Of a stretch of DNA of 64,000 nt, positions 37,315 through 50,800 are shown in pieces. The stretch covers positions 372,001 to 436,000 of the forward strand of contig JASVEC010000014.1 in assembly GCA_030770535.1 (NCBI GenBank), given 5' to 3'. The notes under the pieces are model-generated. The model was not told the DNA's origin. It ran no database searches and saw only the letters and a program-made list of their open reading frames with translations. The first letter of the stretch is position 1, and every line of letters begins with the position of its first letter. Made by a program: the position numbers and the translations under genes. The DNA comes from Batkoa obscura. Lineage: Eukaryota.

Positions 37315-37848
37315 TTTGTTAAATTATTGAAGTGGATAAAAAGTATTCGAAACGCCTGGTTTTTTTATAAAAAGAATGTTTATAAAGTTGGTATCAAAAA
37401 ATAAACAACTAAGCTAGATTATGGGGTTAAATAGAATAAGGAATTTCAGAAATGTTTATAATACTTTTGTTTCTCTTCTTTTTCTAATCTAACTCTACCA
37501 ATCATCTATTATCAAGCTGTTCACAATTATTATCTAATTTAGTTATTATTTATTACTATTGGTCTATTTTATTGTTTTCATTATTATTATTGGTTCATAT
37601 TTATTTTTAAGGTAAATATTTTACTTGTTTAATTAATTACTTGATCTATTAGTGTGTTACTTGAATTGGTTTAAGGTAGAAATCCCCTTTTTGTTGCTTA
37701 AATCGAAATAAGTAAATTGAAAAATAAATGAGTAAGTTCCAAAATAAGAATGAAATAATTGAATAAAAATAAATGGCATATTCAAAAAGAATAGCTCAAA
37801 TATGAAACTATGTCAAAAGAAATGAAGGTTTTTTATTATAATTAAAAA

Positions 37849-38426
37849 ATGGTAACTATTAAATAATAGGGAAATAAGGATAAAGATTAATAAATCAAAA
37901 TATAGACGTTTGTTCAAAAACATTTTGAAAAGTTATTAACTAGGTAAGTTCAATAGTTACATATGATTAGATATAATAAATGTTTAATTAGAATTGAAGG
38001 CTTAAATGCCATCGCTTTAAGTGATAAAGAAGGAGTAATTATATACAAAGGTAATTATTACTTTTGAATTAAAGTATTTTTATTAACTTAGGTCTCAGCA
38101 TATATGAAAGAAGATTTTAATACAATATTGGAAAGTAGCTCATTAACTTCAGTATTTTTAATAGCGAGTGAACAAGTAAGATAATAAGATACAGAATTTA
38201 CAAAAAATGATTTAAAATCAATTATTAGGCAAGTAAATTAGGATTAAAAAAAAATAAGAGCATAATAACATTTTTTGATAATTATCAAATCATACAGTTT
38301 AATTTCAACAATTGTATAATTAATATAATAGCTGAACCTAAAGCTAATACTGGCATTTTGATGGACCTTTATTCTGAATTAGATAGTTTGTCAAAGCAGA
38401 TGTTTGATGCTATCGCCACTCCTTGA
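37849..38426 (+). CDS. LAMTOR3: Ragulator subunit LAMTOR3 (MP1/MAPKSP1), ~5 exons
   Basis: Spliced IEGLNAIALSDKEGVIIYK...F.IASEQASKLGLKKNKSIITFFDNYQIIQFN...ANTGILMDL, closely paralleling animal LAMTOR3. Start is 37849 (ATG|GTAACT) or 37810. Confidence 0.87.
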
Positions 38427-38758
38427 TATCTCTTTCCAATTAAATTTAATATTTTTTACATAATATTTTACAGTAGATTTGGTTTTAAAGAACTTGTTAT
38501 AAATTGATTATCATTCTAAGTAATCAATATACCTATATCTATTTAATTGTTCAGAATATTACAATAGTAATAATAAAATTAAAATAATGACATAGTATAG
38601 ATAGTTTAAAAAAAAATCTATATAAACAAACAGACAATATTTTTAATTAACATTTTTTAATACAAACAAAACTATTTTATTGTTTAGTAAATCAATTAAA
38701 GAAACATTAAATAATTAAATGCAAAACAGAAAAGTTCAACTCGATACCCAATCAACTT

Positions 38759-40528
38759 TTAGAAGCACAAAAATCCTCCTTTCTTTTCTTCCAAAGTAAT
38801 AATTCTATTATTTGCTTCTTCGAGTTCAAAAGTCAATGCCGAGTTCTTACGTGTGATATCTTGTAATTGAAATTGATATGAATTTACCTCCATCTTCAAT
38901 CTTTCAACTTGTTCCATAAGTGAACTAACAGTCTGTTGATTTACTTTTTTCATTTGATTAATAGTAAACTCATTAGCATCAAGTTGCGTTTTTTGATTAT
39001 GATTTTCAGTACTTAATGTCTTATTGCTTTCATTAAGTTCATTAATTATTTTTTGTAAATTTTTTTTATCACGTTCTAACTCTTTATTATGTGGGTTAGT
39101 TGGAACTGATAAATGTTGCATTATTTTCTTAGAACTAGATTTGAACTTTAAATAGTCTTGAGCAGGTGAGCGTGAGTTTCTTCCAATTGCAAAGGACTTC
39201 GAATGCGTCAAGATTGGTGTGATAGGCTCATCTGCGTAGAGTGAGTAAATCGGCAAAGTAAATGATAAATCATCTTCGTGCATGCTTGATGATACTGATT
39301 GGTCAACTTGACGTATCGAGTTGCAACTCTTATCTCTGCTATGGGCAAACAATTGAGTAACGAAATTCTTTACATCGTCTTGAAGTCGGTGATTAGATAC
39401 ATGACTTAATTTAGTATTAAGGTCAGTATCATTAATAAGATTTACTTTAGTAAAATCCATGTTATCATCAATCATTAAAAGAGAATCTCTTACTCTATTA
39501 GGTTGCATATCGATCTCGTTATCTTCATCCAACTTTACGCTAAATTGAGTCTTATATAATTCATCCATTACTAAAGTATCCGATAGGTTGTTTACTTTCC
39601 TTTCTAGTTCTTGAATTTTCATGTCTTGTTCTTCCAATACTTCTTTTTGTTTTAAAATAGTTTCTTGACTTTCAACTAGTTTTGTTTTTAAAGTAGTGTA
39701 TATTAATGGGACATCTTCTGCAGTTTTTTCTCTAATTTCTGGCCCTGGTTCTTCAGAAATTTTGGTCTTGGCATTACTTTGATTTAACTCAAATTCAAGT
39801 TTGTCGACTATTTTCCTTAACCTTGCATTCTCTTTTAATAACAATGTTAAGCTTATGTTCTCTTTACTCTTTTTAGTGGTTAAAACATTAGTTTGTATAG
39901 GGACCTTATTATCAGTAACTACAGAACCAGAAATGAAGCTTTGAGAATCTGAACTATCAATATCAATGAGGTTGTCTTCTAAAGCCTTTAATTCCAAATT
40001 AATATCATCAATAGCTTCATTGGTTGGAGCAGCATCCTGTAATTGTTCTTCGAGTGCTGCCATTTTAAGCTCAAAAGCAGAAGAATGAGTTCTTGTTGAA
40101 TTCTTTGCAGAAAGCGATGCAATACTCTTGGTTTTTGAAACCTTCTTATATCTAGATCTTCTTCTATTCTTTTTAATTTCAGCTGTTGAGGACTTCGATA
40201 TACTTGAATTTCTTGAAACATCTTGGATTATTGAAGTTCTTACTCCCAAATTTAAAGGTTTAGATTTAGAAATATCGTTTCTTAGAGATAATTGACGAGG
40301 AGTATTTCCTTCCCATGGCGTCTTAATTGAACTAAGGGTTGAATCATCTTGCCTATCCGTATTATCTTCCATTATTGTATCATTCTCATCCTGAAACGCT
40401 CCAATGTTGTCAGTATGTAATTCTTTAACTTGGGGCATTTGCATATTCAATGATAGCTTTTCATCCAAATGGTTTTGTTTGATATCAGATATTTCCGGGG
40501 AAATTTTGTTATTAAAGGAAGTCATCAT
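38759..40528 (-). CDS. Uncharacterised intronless coiled-coil protein
   Basis: 589-aa ORF with heptad-rich segments, Ser-rich disorder, a KKNRRRSRYKK basic patch and C-terminal KKGGFLCF. Confidence 0.75.
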   Translation of the reverse strand: MMTSFNNKISPEISDIKQNHLDEKLSLNMQMPQVKELHTDNIGAFQDENDTIMEDNTDRQDDSTLSSIKTPWEGNTPRQLSLRNDISKSKPLNLGVRTSIIQDVSRNSSISKSSTAEIKKNRRRSRYKKVSKTKSIASLSAKNSTRTHSSAFELKMAALEEQLQDAAPTNEAIDDINLELKALEDNLIDIDSSDSQSFISGSVVTDNKVPIQTNVLTTKKSKENISLTLLLKENARLRKIVDKLEFELNQSNAKTKISEEPGPEIREKTAEDVPLIYTTLKTKLVESQETILKQKEVLEEQDMKIQELERKVNNLSDTLVMDELYKTQFSVKLDEDNEIDMQPNRVRDSLLMIDDNMDFTKVNLINDTDLNTKLSHVSNHRLQDDVKNFVTQLFAHSRDKSCNSIRQVDQSVSSSMHEDDLSFTLPIYSLYADEPITPILTHSKSFAIGRNSRSPAQDYLKFKSSSKKIMQHLSVPTNPHNKELERDKKNLQKIINELNESNKTLSTENHNQKTQLDANEFTINQMKKVNQQTVSSLMEQVERLKMEVNSYQFQLQDITRKNSALTFELEEANNRIITLEEKKGGFLCF

Positions 40529-41527
40529 AGATTAAGGACAATATTAGTTAATTAAATAATTTTAAAATAATAAAGATAATGTAGTAAAAAAAGATCTTAT
40601 TCCCAATCAAAAGAGGGTGCCCAATCAAATTTGGTATTTTTCGCCTTATTATTTAGAACTTCTCCTATATCAACATACAACCAATAACTTTCAAGTTCTA
40701 AACTTTAATCTACTCTGGGTACCATAATGTCTATTAATCCATCTCTATGGTAATACAACTATGGTAATAAACCGGATATCAATTAACATGATACATAAAA
40801 GTAAACTACAGCGAGAGAGGACTTTAGTAATATATTGTATTCAATGTATTAACCTTTAAAACAAAAATTGATTTCAAATATTGAATATTAAAAATTATTA
40901 TTTTAAAACAGATTGTGCAATTATTTCATAACAGTAACTAAAAATAAAAATAAAAACAAAAATAAAACAAAAGAATGGGATAAAGTAATATATTTACTTT
41001 ATAAGGCTAAATTTATTTTTTGAAGTCATTATTAACATATGTCATTAAATAATATAGTTCTCATATTTAATAAAAAACAAGAATTTAAAAATTTTATTAA
41101 AATTTTATTTATGCCTACATCGTATAATGCATCATGCACTTTAGGTTATTATATTTTAGTTTAACTATTATGCATCTTTGTTATTAAATTAAATACCAAA
41201 TTAATATAATTAATATAATTTTTAAAGTTTAATAATTGTTTTTGTTTCACTGATATAAAAATAGATGAAATAAATTATCATCAGTATATTGTTTGTTTGT
41301 ACTATACCTTATTATTTTAAAAACTGTTATTTTTTGATCTTTACATAATAAACGAATAAATAAGATGTTTTTATTTAATATTATTATCGATTATTTGGTG
41401 TCATAATTTATTGTTCATTTCATAAATCGATTTAATTTGAAAAGGTAATAAAATAAAGAAAACAAATTTCCAAAATATCTGAAAGAATAAACAAAAAGAA
41501 TAAATCATTTTAATATAATAAAGATAT

Positions 41528-41622
41528 GGGGCTGTTTTTTTTAGTTTCATAATCTTTCCATTTTTTAAGCACTATTTGAGTGGAAAGATTGTAGTAATTC
41601 TTAAACAAAAAAATACATCCCC
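41528..41622 (-). mobile_element. MITE family A, copy 9
   Basis: Reverse orientation, GGGGCTG...ACATCCCC; ATAT/ATAT flanks. Confidence 0.85.
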
Positions 41623-41917
41623 ATATCTTTAAAAGAATTCACTTTAATAGTCTATAAAAATTGTTCTTTAGATATAGCTCATAATAAGTCGGAAAAAATT
41701 CTACTTTTTTAAAATAACATAACATAATATAATATATATATATAACTTTATCAACTTATAGAAATACTTTTACTTTATTCATACATGATGTCTAGAAACT
41801 TTATAGAAATTTATTTTTAGTTATATAGTGATGTCAATAAACTCAAATTTTAAATATGAATTTTCATTTAATTTTTTCAGAAAAATTATCAATATTCTAA
41901 TCAAATAATATTATCAT

Positions 41918-42009
41918 GTAGGAACGTATTTTTTTAAGAATTTTACTGATAATCTTTCCACTCAAACAGCGCTTAAAAGTGGAAAAAGTGATGAAACCAA
42001 AACATTCTC
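41918..42009 (+). mobile_element. MITE family A, copy 10
   Basis: Core TTTCCACTCAAACAGCGCTTAAAAGTGGAAAAAGTGATGAAACC; right end ACATTCTC-ATAT. Confidence 0.8.
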
Positions 42010-42598
42010 ATATCTTCATTATGTTTTTTTAAAACTATCAATATTTTATATACTTTATTAGTAATTATTCACATGTGAATAAAATAATACCCACGCTAAA
42101 AACAATACTATAACTTTTACATCTATTAACTTAAGTCTTGCATAAGTTAAACTTGTTTTTCTATAGTTTAATTTAATCTTACTTAATCAATTTTCAAAGG
42201 TACTTTCTGTAAGAAATATTTTATAATCAATTTATAAATAAATCGTCTATATTACCTTGATTTGAATTTACTATGGCATTACTTTATTCATATTATAATA
42301 TAAACCTATGCTCTTTCATAAAAATCAATCTAAATGACGTCTTTTATATAAAGGTGTTTCTGAAATAATCTCTCTTTTTGGATAATCCCCACTGACAAGG
42401 ATACATAATTACTAAAGCCGATTTTTACATATATCAAATACACTTTGTCTCTAAATATGAAGAATATTTTCTGTTGGAATCAATGATCTTTTTAGCTTAT
42501 TATCCAAAAAAAGGAGATTGCTTTAGTAATACTCTTATGAAAGACTGGATTACATTTAATAACCTATGTTTATGTTATAGCCAAATTCATTTAGATAT

Positions 42599-42695
42599 GA
42601 AGATGTGTTTTTTTGTTTAAGAATTTTACTACAATCTTTCCACTCAAATAGTGCTTAAAAAATGGAAAAATAATGAAACTAAAAAAAACACTCCC
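42599..42695 (+). mobile_element. MITE family A, copy 11
   Basis: GAAGATGT...ACACTCCC; ATAT/ATAT flanks. Confidence 0.85.
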
Positions 42696-43243
42696 ATATA
42701 AAGAAGTTTATTACTTGAGAACTTGTTTTTTAAATCAAATCTCTAAATAATTCCAATTTAAAAGAAAATGTCGTCGAATTTAATGAATCATCCACACTGA
42801 AGCGGGGGGCTATTTTAAAATTATATGGCATATTTTTATCCTTTGATAATAGATATCAGGATTAGGAGCTTCATATATAAAAGCTTAGCTTATATCTTAG
42901 TAGAATGAATTATTGGGAAGAATTAGCCTTTTCTGATTATAGTTCAAGATTATTATAATTTATATAACAAATGTTTGTATAGAAAATTTTAACATAAGTT
43001 CAGAGTCTGGTATTAAACTAGGTTGTTTTACTTACTAAATAGCTATTTCATTGGATAAATATATTGCAATTTTTCCAATAGCTTTAATTTTGCATTATGC
43101 AAATTACTAGGAAAGCTTAAACAGAGATTAAACAAACCGTAGTAATTTTCATAAAATTTAGGAAATAAAAAGGATACAAGCAAATAAAAAAATTTGTTTT
43201 TTAAATAAAAACGAGATAAATCAGTTTAAAATTCTCTCAAAAT

Positions 43244-46200
43244 ATGTCAAGAAGAAGACAAGTAGAAAGTGAAGAAGAAGAAGAAGAAGATTATGAAAAT
43301 TACGATGAAGATGATTTCATTATAAATGATGAAGATGACGAAGAAGAGGAAGAAGAGGAAGAGGAAGAGTACAGTAACTCTAGAAGCAAAGTATTATTTT
43401 AAACTCTTTTATTAAACCTTAACTAAAAATCCTCTAGAAAAAGAAGAAGAGTAATCGAAACATTTTCATTGATGATACTGCTATAGATAGTGAAGGAGAT
43501 GACGAATTTGAAGAAGAGGAGGATGAGGGAGAAGGTACGAACACTTTAATTATCTAAATAAATTAAAATTAATTTTCAAGATGGCTTTATTGACAACAAT
43601 GAAATAACGGCCAGTTCTGGAAGACCTCAACAATATTCTAGACGCCCTGTGTTTGAAGCAGAAGAAAGTGCTGAGGAGATTGCTGCCCGTTTAAATAAAA
43701 AATATGCACATGCTGCTGAAGGTTTTGCAGCAGAAGGGGCTCAATCTCGTGGTGGTCTGATTCCAACAATGAACGACCCAAATCTTTTTATGATAAAATG
43801 CAATGTACTACATGGTTTTCATATTATTTAACATAGCTTAACCCGTTTTTTAGTCTAGTAAAGACAGACATATCCTGAAAACTATAATGGAAAGAGTATT
43901 CCAAAGCAGAGCAACAGCTAATCCAATTATGGTTGACTCTGCCTTTTTTAGAGATGATCTAAAGGGGTATCTCTACATTGAAGCTCAAAAATTAGCCCAT
44001 GTTAAAAGAGTAATTTAGCATCTTATTTAAAAGTATATTGCTAATTTTATTAGTCTATTGAAAAAGTAGAAGGTGTATTTTCATCTAAAATATCACTTGT
44101 TCCACGCAAAGAGATGATTGATGTCCTTGACATTAAATACAAGGATTTTAGTACAAAAGAAAAAAGCTGGGCTAGAGTTAAGCGTGGTAAATATGCTGGA
44201 GATTTATGTCAAATATTAAGAGTTTCTGAAACTCAAGATTTCGCAAAAGTCAAGCTTATTCCACGTTTAGATATTAGTCAAGGTGGGTATCAAGATACAA
44301 GTGCTAAGCGTAAACCTGGTAATAAATCAGCAAATCGTCCACCCCAAAAGCTTTTCAATAGAAAAGATGTTGATATGGTTAGTAGCAGCGGAGGTGCTGT
44401 AATGAAAAAAAGAGGTTACCTTGTTTATAATAATGAAAATTTCAAAGATGGGTTCTTAGAAAAAGATATAAAGATTTCTGGTCTCCAAATGACCAACGTG
44501 AATCCAACATTAGACGAAATTACTAAGTTTGCTAGCGCTATTGAAGATGAAGTGGATAAAAGTATTACTTTTAGTTAAAGAAATAATCGAAAAATTAATC
44601 ATTTTAATAGCAAAAGCTTTAGCAACATTAACCGCACCTTTGGCCAATCAACAAAATGCTGAAAGTTTAAATATTGGAGATTTGGTAGAAATCATGGAAG
44701 GAACAATGGCTACAGTTACTGGTACTTTGAAAAAGATTGAAGGTGATGTTGTTACTGTACAGCCTGAACTCAGTGGTCTTCAGGTACTCTTTTTAAATTC
44801 CCTGTTAGAAGTTAGCTAATTAAATAGGAACTTAAAATCATGATATCCAAAGTACGCAAACATTATAAAATTGGAGACCATGTACGAGTTATATCTGGAA
44901 AACATAATGATGAAACTGGTTTTATTGTTAAAGTTAGTGATAGAGTTGTTACCTTGATTTCAGATTCTACTACATCCGAAGTAAGTTTCATATTCATATT
45001 AATTATTAAACTTATAATTTGTTTAGATTCAAGTTTTTACTAAAGATCTTCGAAATTCAGATGGAACCAGTATTGTAACTCGAAAAGATACTAAGTATCG
45101 AATTCATGATTTGTTGCAAATTGAGTAATTCATTTTACGTTTAATCTTTTCATCTTCTAATCCTATTTCAGTGCACAAAATGTGGGTGTAATTACTAAAA
45201 TTGAGAAGAATGATTATAAAGTTATGGACCAAAATGGCCAAATAAGGAGTGTCCCAATAGCTATTGCCAGAGGTGTACAATTCAAAAAGGTAGTAGCAGT
45301 AGATAGTAAAGGTGTCCCTTTAAATATTGGGGACCAAGTTAAATATATACATGGAGAGGTAAATTGGTTTACGCACGTATATAGTATATAACTAAAAAAA
45401 TATAGAACCGCCGTGGAATTATCATTTATATTCACAAAAATGTAGCATTTGTTAAAGCTGGTAATCACATTGATAATTCTGGAGTTTCTGTTGAAAAGGT
45501 GAAATTTTTGATTTCTTTATCAAAAGCACAGGTACTATTTTTAAGGATTTATTATTAGCAATTTAATATTTTAGAATACGGCGGGTGGTAAAGTAATTAG
45601 AGATAAAGATGGATTTACAGTACCAACTAGACCACCAACCAATATGGGTGATCGCCAGAGAGGTGGATTTCGTCAAGGTGGTGGTAGGGGACCACGTCGT
45701 ACGGATCCACTGGTTGATAAAACAGTTAATATTAAATCAGGAAGTTATAAGGGGTATATTGGAATAGTCAAAGAAGTCAATGGAAATATGGCTCGTGTTG
45801 AATTACATACTAATTCTAAAGTTGTGACTGTTGATAAATCTATTATTGATTTACCAGGGTAATATAATTATTATTTAAGTATAGAATAATCAATAATATA
45901 TTTTCTAGTAATCCAAATACACGCTTTGATCAACATTATACTTCAAGCTCTAGTGGAATGAATACTTGGGCTAACCTAAAAGCTGGTGCAGGTATGAGAT
46001 CTAGAGATAATGGTAGCTCATCATGGACCCAAAGCCAATCAAGAGCTTCTGCTAGTACTTATAATAACTCAAGGAGTCAATATAGTGGTTTTGGTACTGA
46101 TTGGGGTTCTAAATCTCAAGGTAATAATAATGATTGGAATCAAAGAGAAAGAGGAGGGTATAATGGTGGTTCCAATAATGACTGGAATCAAAATAGCCAA

Positions 46201-47619
46201 TACTCAGGTTCCGTTGATAACAAATGGAGCCAAAGAGCCAACAATAGTGGTACAGATAATCCCTGGGATAAAAAAGATAGTTATTCCAACGATGATACTT
46301 CAAAATGGAATCGATCTAAACAATACTCAAATACTTCTAATGAATGGGATAAAAAGGAACGATATAATGAATCAGCAAGCGATTGGAGTCGAAATAACTT
46401 TTCAAATACAAGTAAAGGGAAATCGAGTTGGGATAATAATAATATAGGTACTTCTGGAGATTATGGTTATGGAAATCAAAAAGATGGAGCTAATTGGGGA
46501 GCAGGAGAAACACCTATTTATGATTTAGCTATCCATTCTAAAAACAAAACAGATCAACCTTACGCACCACAAGGATTTTATCCAGAACAGGATGATGAAT
46601 ATTTGCCATCTGAATCGTATACAACTAAAAATGACGATCATGAAAAGGGTTATACTAGTTATAATACTTCAACGGATTATAAAGGAAAAGAAGACTATTT
46701 ATCTATTGCTCCTTCAAATAATATTGCCAATCAAGGTAGCTCTTGGGAAAATAAATCTGCAACTAAAGATAATGGCTCATCTTGGGAGAAAGGCCCCGAT
46801 ACCTACCAAGATAAATGGGATTCTAGTAAAAAAAATAAAGAAGATAGAGGAGATAGTTATGAATCTAGTAAAAAAGATCAAGCTCAAAATGAAAGTTGGG
46901 ATAAATCTACTAAATATAATGATGCTTGGAGTAAAAAAGAAACTGATGCTTTTGAATCCGAAAAACCTTCAGCATCTAATAATGAAACAAGTGAAGTTGG
47001 TGCATCATGGGGTAACCAAAGTGAAAAAGTAAAATATGACGATCAATATAAAATTTCAACTGAAAATAAAGAAAGGGATAGTTATACTTATGATAAAAAT
47101 AGTACAAAAGAAGCATGGCCTACTCAAGAACATGAAACAGGAAACAAAGACAAATGGGATGGATCAATGGATACTACAGCTACTTTGGGCACAGAAGATA
47201 CGCAAATGAATTGGACAGCAGGTAAAGAAAGAGGAGCTTGGGAAGATAAATGGGATAATAAAAGTAAGCAAGATAAAATTGGGTATTATAATTATGGTAG
47301 AGAAGAAGATAGCGATTGGAAAGGAAATAAAGAAGAAGGATATTCAAACGAAAAAATGGAAGTTCAATTTAATGAAACATTTAATAAAGTAAATATTCGA
47401 GATGAAAATTACAATAATGAAGAAGAATTTGCACCACCAACTAAACCATTTGTAGAAGGTACTTGGGGTAATAAAAAAGAAAATAAAGATAATGAACCAG
47501 CTATGGTACCCAGTACCCCGGGTTTTTTACCTGGTACACCAGGTGGCGAAGATTTTGGCTCGAATTTAGCTCCTTTGAATCAAAGTAATCCTAACGATAA
47601 CCAATCGCAATACCCTTAA
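43244..47619 (+). CDS. SPT5: Transcription elongation factor Spt5 (acidic N-terminus, NGN, KOW1-5) with an atypical Trp-rich C-terminal tail
   Basis: DPNLFMIKC, KGYLYIEA, WARVKRGKYAGDL, VKLIPRLD, RPPQKLF, NPTLDEI, GDHVRVISGKH, GSYKGYIGIVK..ARVELHT. The final ~570-aa exon is low-complexity with 25 Trp. Confidence 0.93.
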
Positions 47620-47819
47620 TTTGATATAAAAATGAATTTTTTAAATATAAATTTAGCTTTATTTAAAAAAAAAAGAATTGCATTTTTGGTTATAACATTC
47701 TCATTTTTTAATTGCATTTCTTTTGTATTGAATTTTGGTTTTAATTTAAAAATAAAATAGTGATTAACAATAACAATAAAATACTAAATAAAATAAAATA
47801 AATTTCAAAAGATATTTAT

Positions 47820-50800
47820 TTAAAGTTCATCTTTTTCATCTTGAGAACTTTGATCTTTTTTAGATTCGATTTTATCTTTCTTAAACTTCTCTTTAGAATT
47901 CTTAGATTCCTTCTTAGCTTCCTTTTTATCCCCATCCACCTCTTCCTTCTCCACTTGATATTCAAAATCTCTTAACCCTTTAATTTCATCATCTAAACTT
48001 TGCCATTCAGGCAGAATTCTTTTAGCTCGGTCTAATTTAGGTTCTTTAGTTTCTGGATTATTACATAAATCAATTGTTTTTGCTTTTTTTAGAGATTCAT
48101 CATCACACCAAGTTTCACACCATAACCATTCCATTGGTAACGAATGAATTTTTAATTTCAATTGTAAATGATTAGGTAAATCTTGATCCAAATTAGCTAA
48201 CGAATTAGGATCATAAGATAACATTTGATAATGACCACGTAATTGATCCCCTGCTGCTAAGGACCGGAAGCGTTTGAGGTCCACGACATATAAAGCACTA
48301 TGAAATGATAATTAGTAAAAGTTAATTGATTATTTTATTATGTATTCAATAAAAATAAAAAGCAAAGTATATAAAATGTATTACCTAATATGATATGGCT
48401 TCCCTTGTAAATGATCTTTCCAATATCCTTGTTCCCAAAATCTATATCCTTTCATAGATTCTCGTGATTTACAAAAAGGTACATAACCATACGGGGCTCC
48501 TTCTAAATCATGATCTATTAATTCTTTCAAATCTGCACGAACCATCTATTAAAATTAATTATTATATGAATTGTATTAATTATAGAACATTACTTGATCA
48601 GCATCAACAAAAATAACTTTATCTACAGATAACGGGAATAATACATCTAAAAATAATATTTTATAACTAAATTGAATTAAATTAGTATTATTTAATATTA
48701 TTACAAGTAAATCAAATTACCCCCAAAGCTTTCTTTGTTTTTCAGACTGTTGATTAAGCCAATGAGGCCATTGATAAGTAATTAATTCATAATCAAATTT
48801 ATATTTTTCTGCCATTTTAGGAATAAAATGCTAATATAAAATTAATATAATAATATTAACAAATTAAATCTTAATAACTTACCTTAAAATTAGGTGATAA
48901 AAAATTTTCAATAAACCAAAATTTCACATTTGATTTAGTATTTTTTAAGACTGAAAGCATCATTACAGACAAAAATCGTTCATATAAATGACCAGATGCT
49001 ACTGTAAATACATGGATGGTTGGTTCTTCGACTTTGACTTCATTTTTACCAAAAAATCTAATTAAAGTTAAAATTAGTTTACTATTATTATTGTGAACTA
49101 ATTAATATTATTTACTTATCCCATAAACTAACTTTAGTATCGGATTCTTCTTCATCTAATAAAGATAAATGTTCCATACCTGATTTTTTATAAACCTAAA
49201 TAAACATTATAATAATTAATTTCCATGATTTGATTTTAATTACCTTAGGAAATAACACAGTACCTCCAAACCCATTTAAAATAAGTCTATGACCTAATTG
49301 ATTATGAATATATTTTCTCTTATTATTTCTTGATCCTAGAGTTTGTAATTCATATAGCATATCTGATTTTCCATGTCTTAAATTAATAAAATAAACCCCT
49401 GGGTTAGCTTTCAATTGAAAATAACCTAAATTAGCCATCACTAAAGTATCTACGTTCGTTTCATTTTTTGCAGTATTTAATAAAAATTGTAAACCTCTTG
49501 GTGATGATTGTGTATTTAAATCTTGGGCATGTCCTTCAATTAAGATATGCTTTAATGTGAATATAGCTTCAATTCCTGAGTTACTCTCCTTTAATTGTAA
49601 ATTATCTAAATCATATATGGATTGACTTGGCATAACTACCCATGAAGAAATAGCATCGATACCAGCAGTTAGTAAAGTATCTTTAGGTAATTTAGTAAAT
49701 TTAACATTGGAAGGAATGATGTCACTAAATAAATCAAAGTTAATATATTATATATTGTATATTTTATATTATTAATTACCCATTTTTATCAAAATTTAAT
49801 TTTGAATTGAAATTAAAACGAAAGAAATTAGAATTTAATCTTTTTAAATCATCTGAATCATCAATTGGATTCAAATAACCATCCAAATAAACACCATTAA
49901 TTTTACTTAATACTTCTAAAATTGGGGCCCATTTTTGACCTTGTATAGATATTGGATTTAATATAAACTTCAAATTGGCCCAAGATTGTTCTTTATCTCC
50001 TGTTTGAAATCGACACTCTTCTGCAGAAAAAGAGGGCAGTTGTTGACGTTGACCAGGTTTATTTTCAAATCGTGCAATATTTTGATGATTTTCTAAATTT
50101 TTTCCTAAGATTCCAGATAATTTCATAAATAAATCTGCTAATTTCATTTTATCTTCAATATTTAAGAATAATTCCGCTTGCTTAATAGAGTTTAATAAAT
50201 CATTTAATCGTTTCTTTTTTTCATAATTAATTAACATATCAATATCTATTAATTCATAATCCTCTTCATTTTCTAATATAAAAATCTACATAATAATTAA
50301 AATTAATTAATTATTTATAATAAACACTAATACTACCTTTCCATTAACAATAATAGCTGGTGAATTAAAATTCAAATTGATATGATTTAAATTTAACTGC
50401 ATTTTCTGCCAATACAACATTTCTTCTTCTCTCATATCAATTTTGATACCAAAGTCTTTGGATTCAATATCTTTTAGTAATTCTGAATTTTCATTTAAAT
50501 CCAAATTTTCCGAATTTAAAGATTCATAAACTAAACTACTTAACCCATTTGTAAATTCATTTGTTGATTGATGAATTATACTAATTCGTAAATTATTATT
50601 TTTTTCCTAAATTAAAGTAATAACTTATTATCATTATTATTATTATATTATGTTATAGCTTACCATAAATTTTAATAATTTTTTAGTTAATAAAATACCA
50701 TTATTAGTATTAAGATCATCTAATAAAATAATTGTAATTGGGATTGAATCTTGTTCAATATTATTTGATTTGATATTAGTAAAATAATTGAAATTCGTTA

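Noticed and set aside
42368..42520. ~22-bp imperfect inverted repeat (AATCTCTCTTTTTGGATAAT / ATTATCCAAAAAAAGGAGATT)
   Set aside because: Short, homopolymer-rich and single instance; may be chance in very AT-rich DNA.
46010..47032. Alternative-frame ORFs (145 and 146 aa) inside the SPT5 tail
   Set aside because: By-product of the repetitive AAT/GAT/TGG codon usage in the main frame; no independent coding signal.
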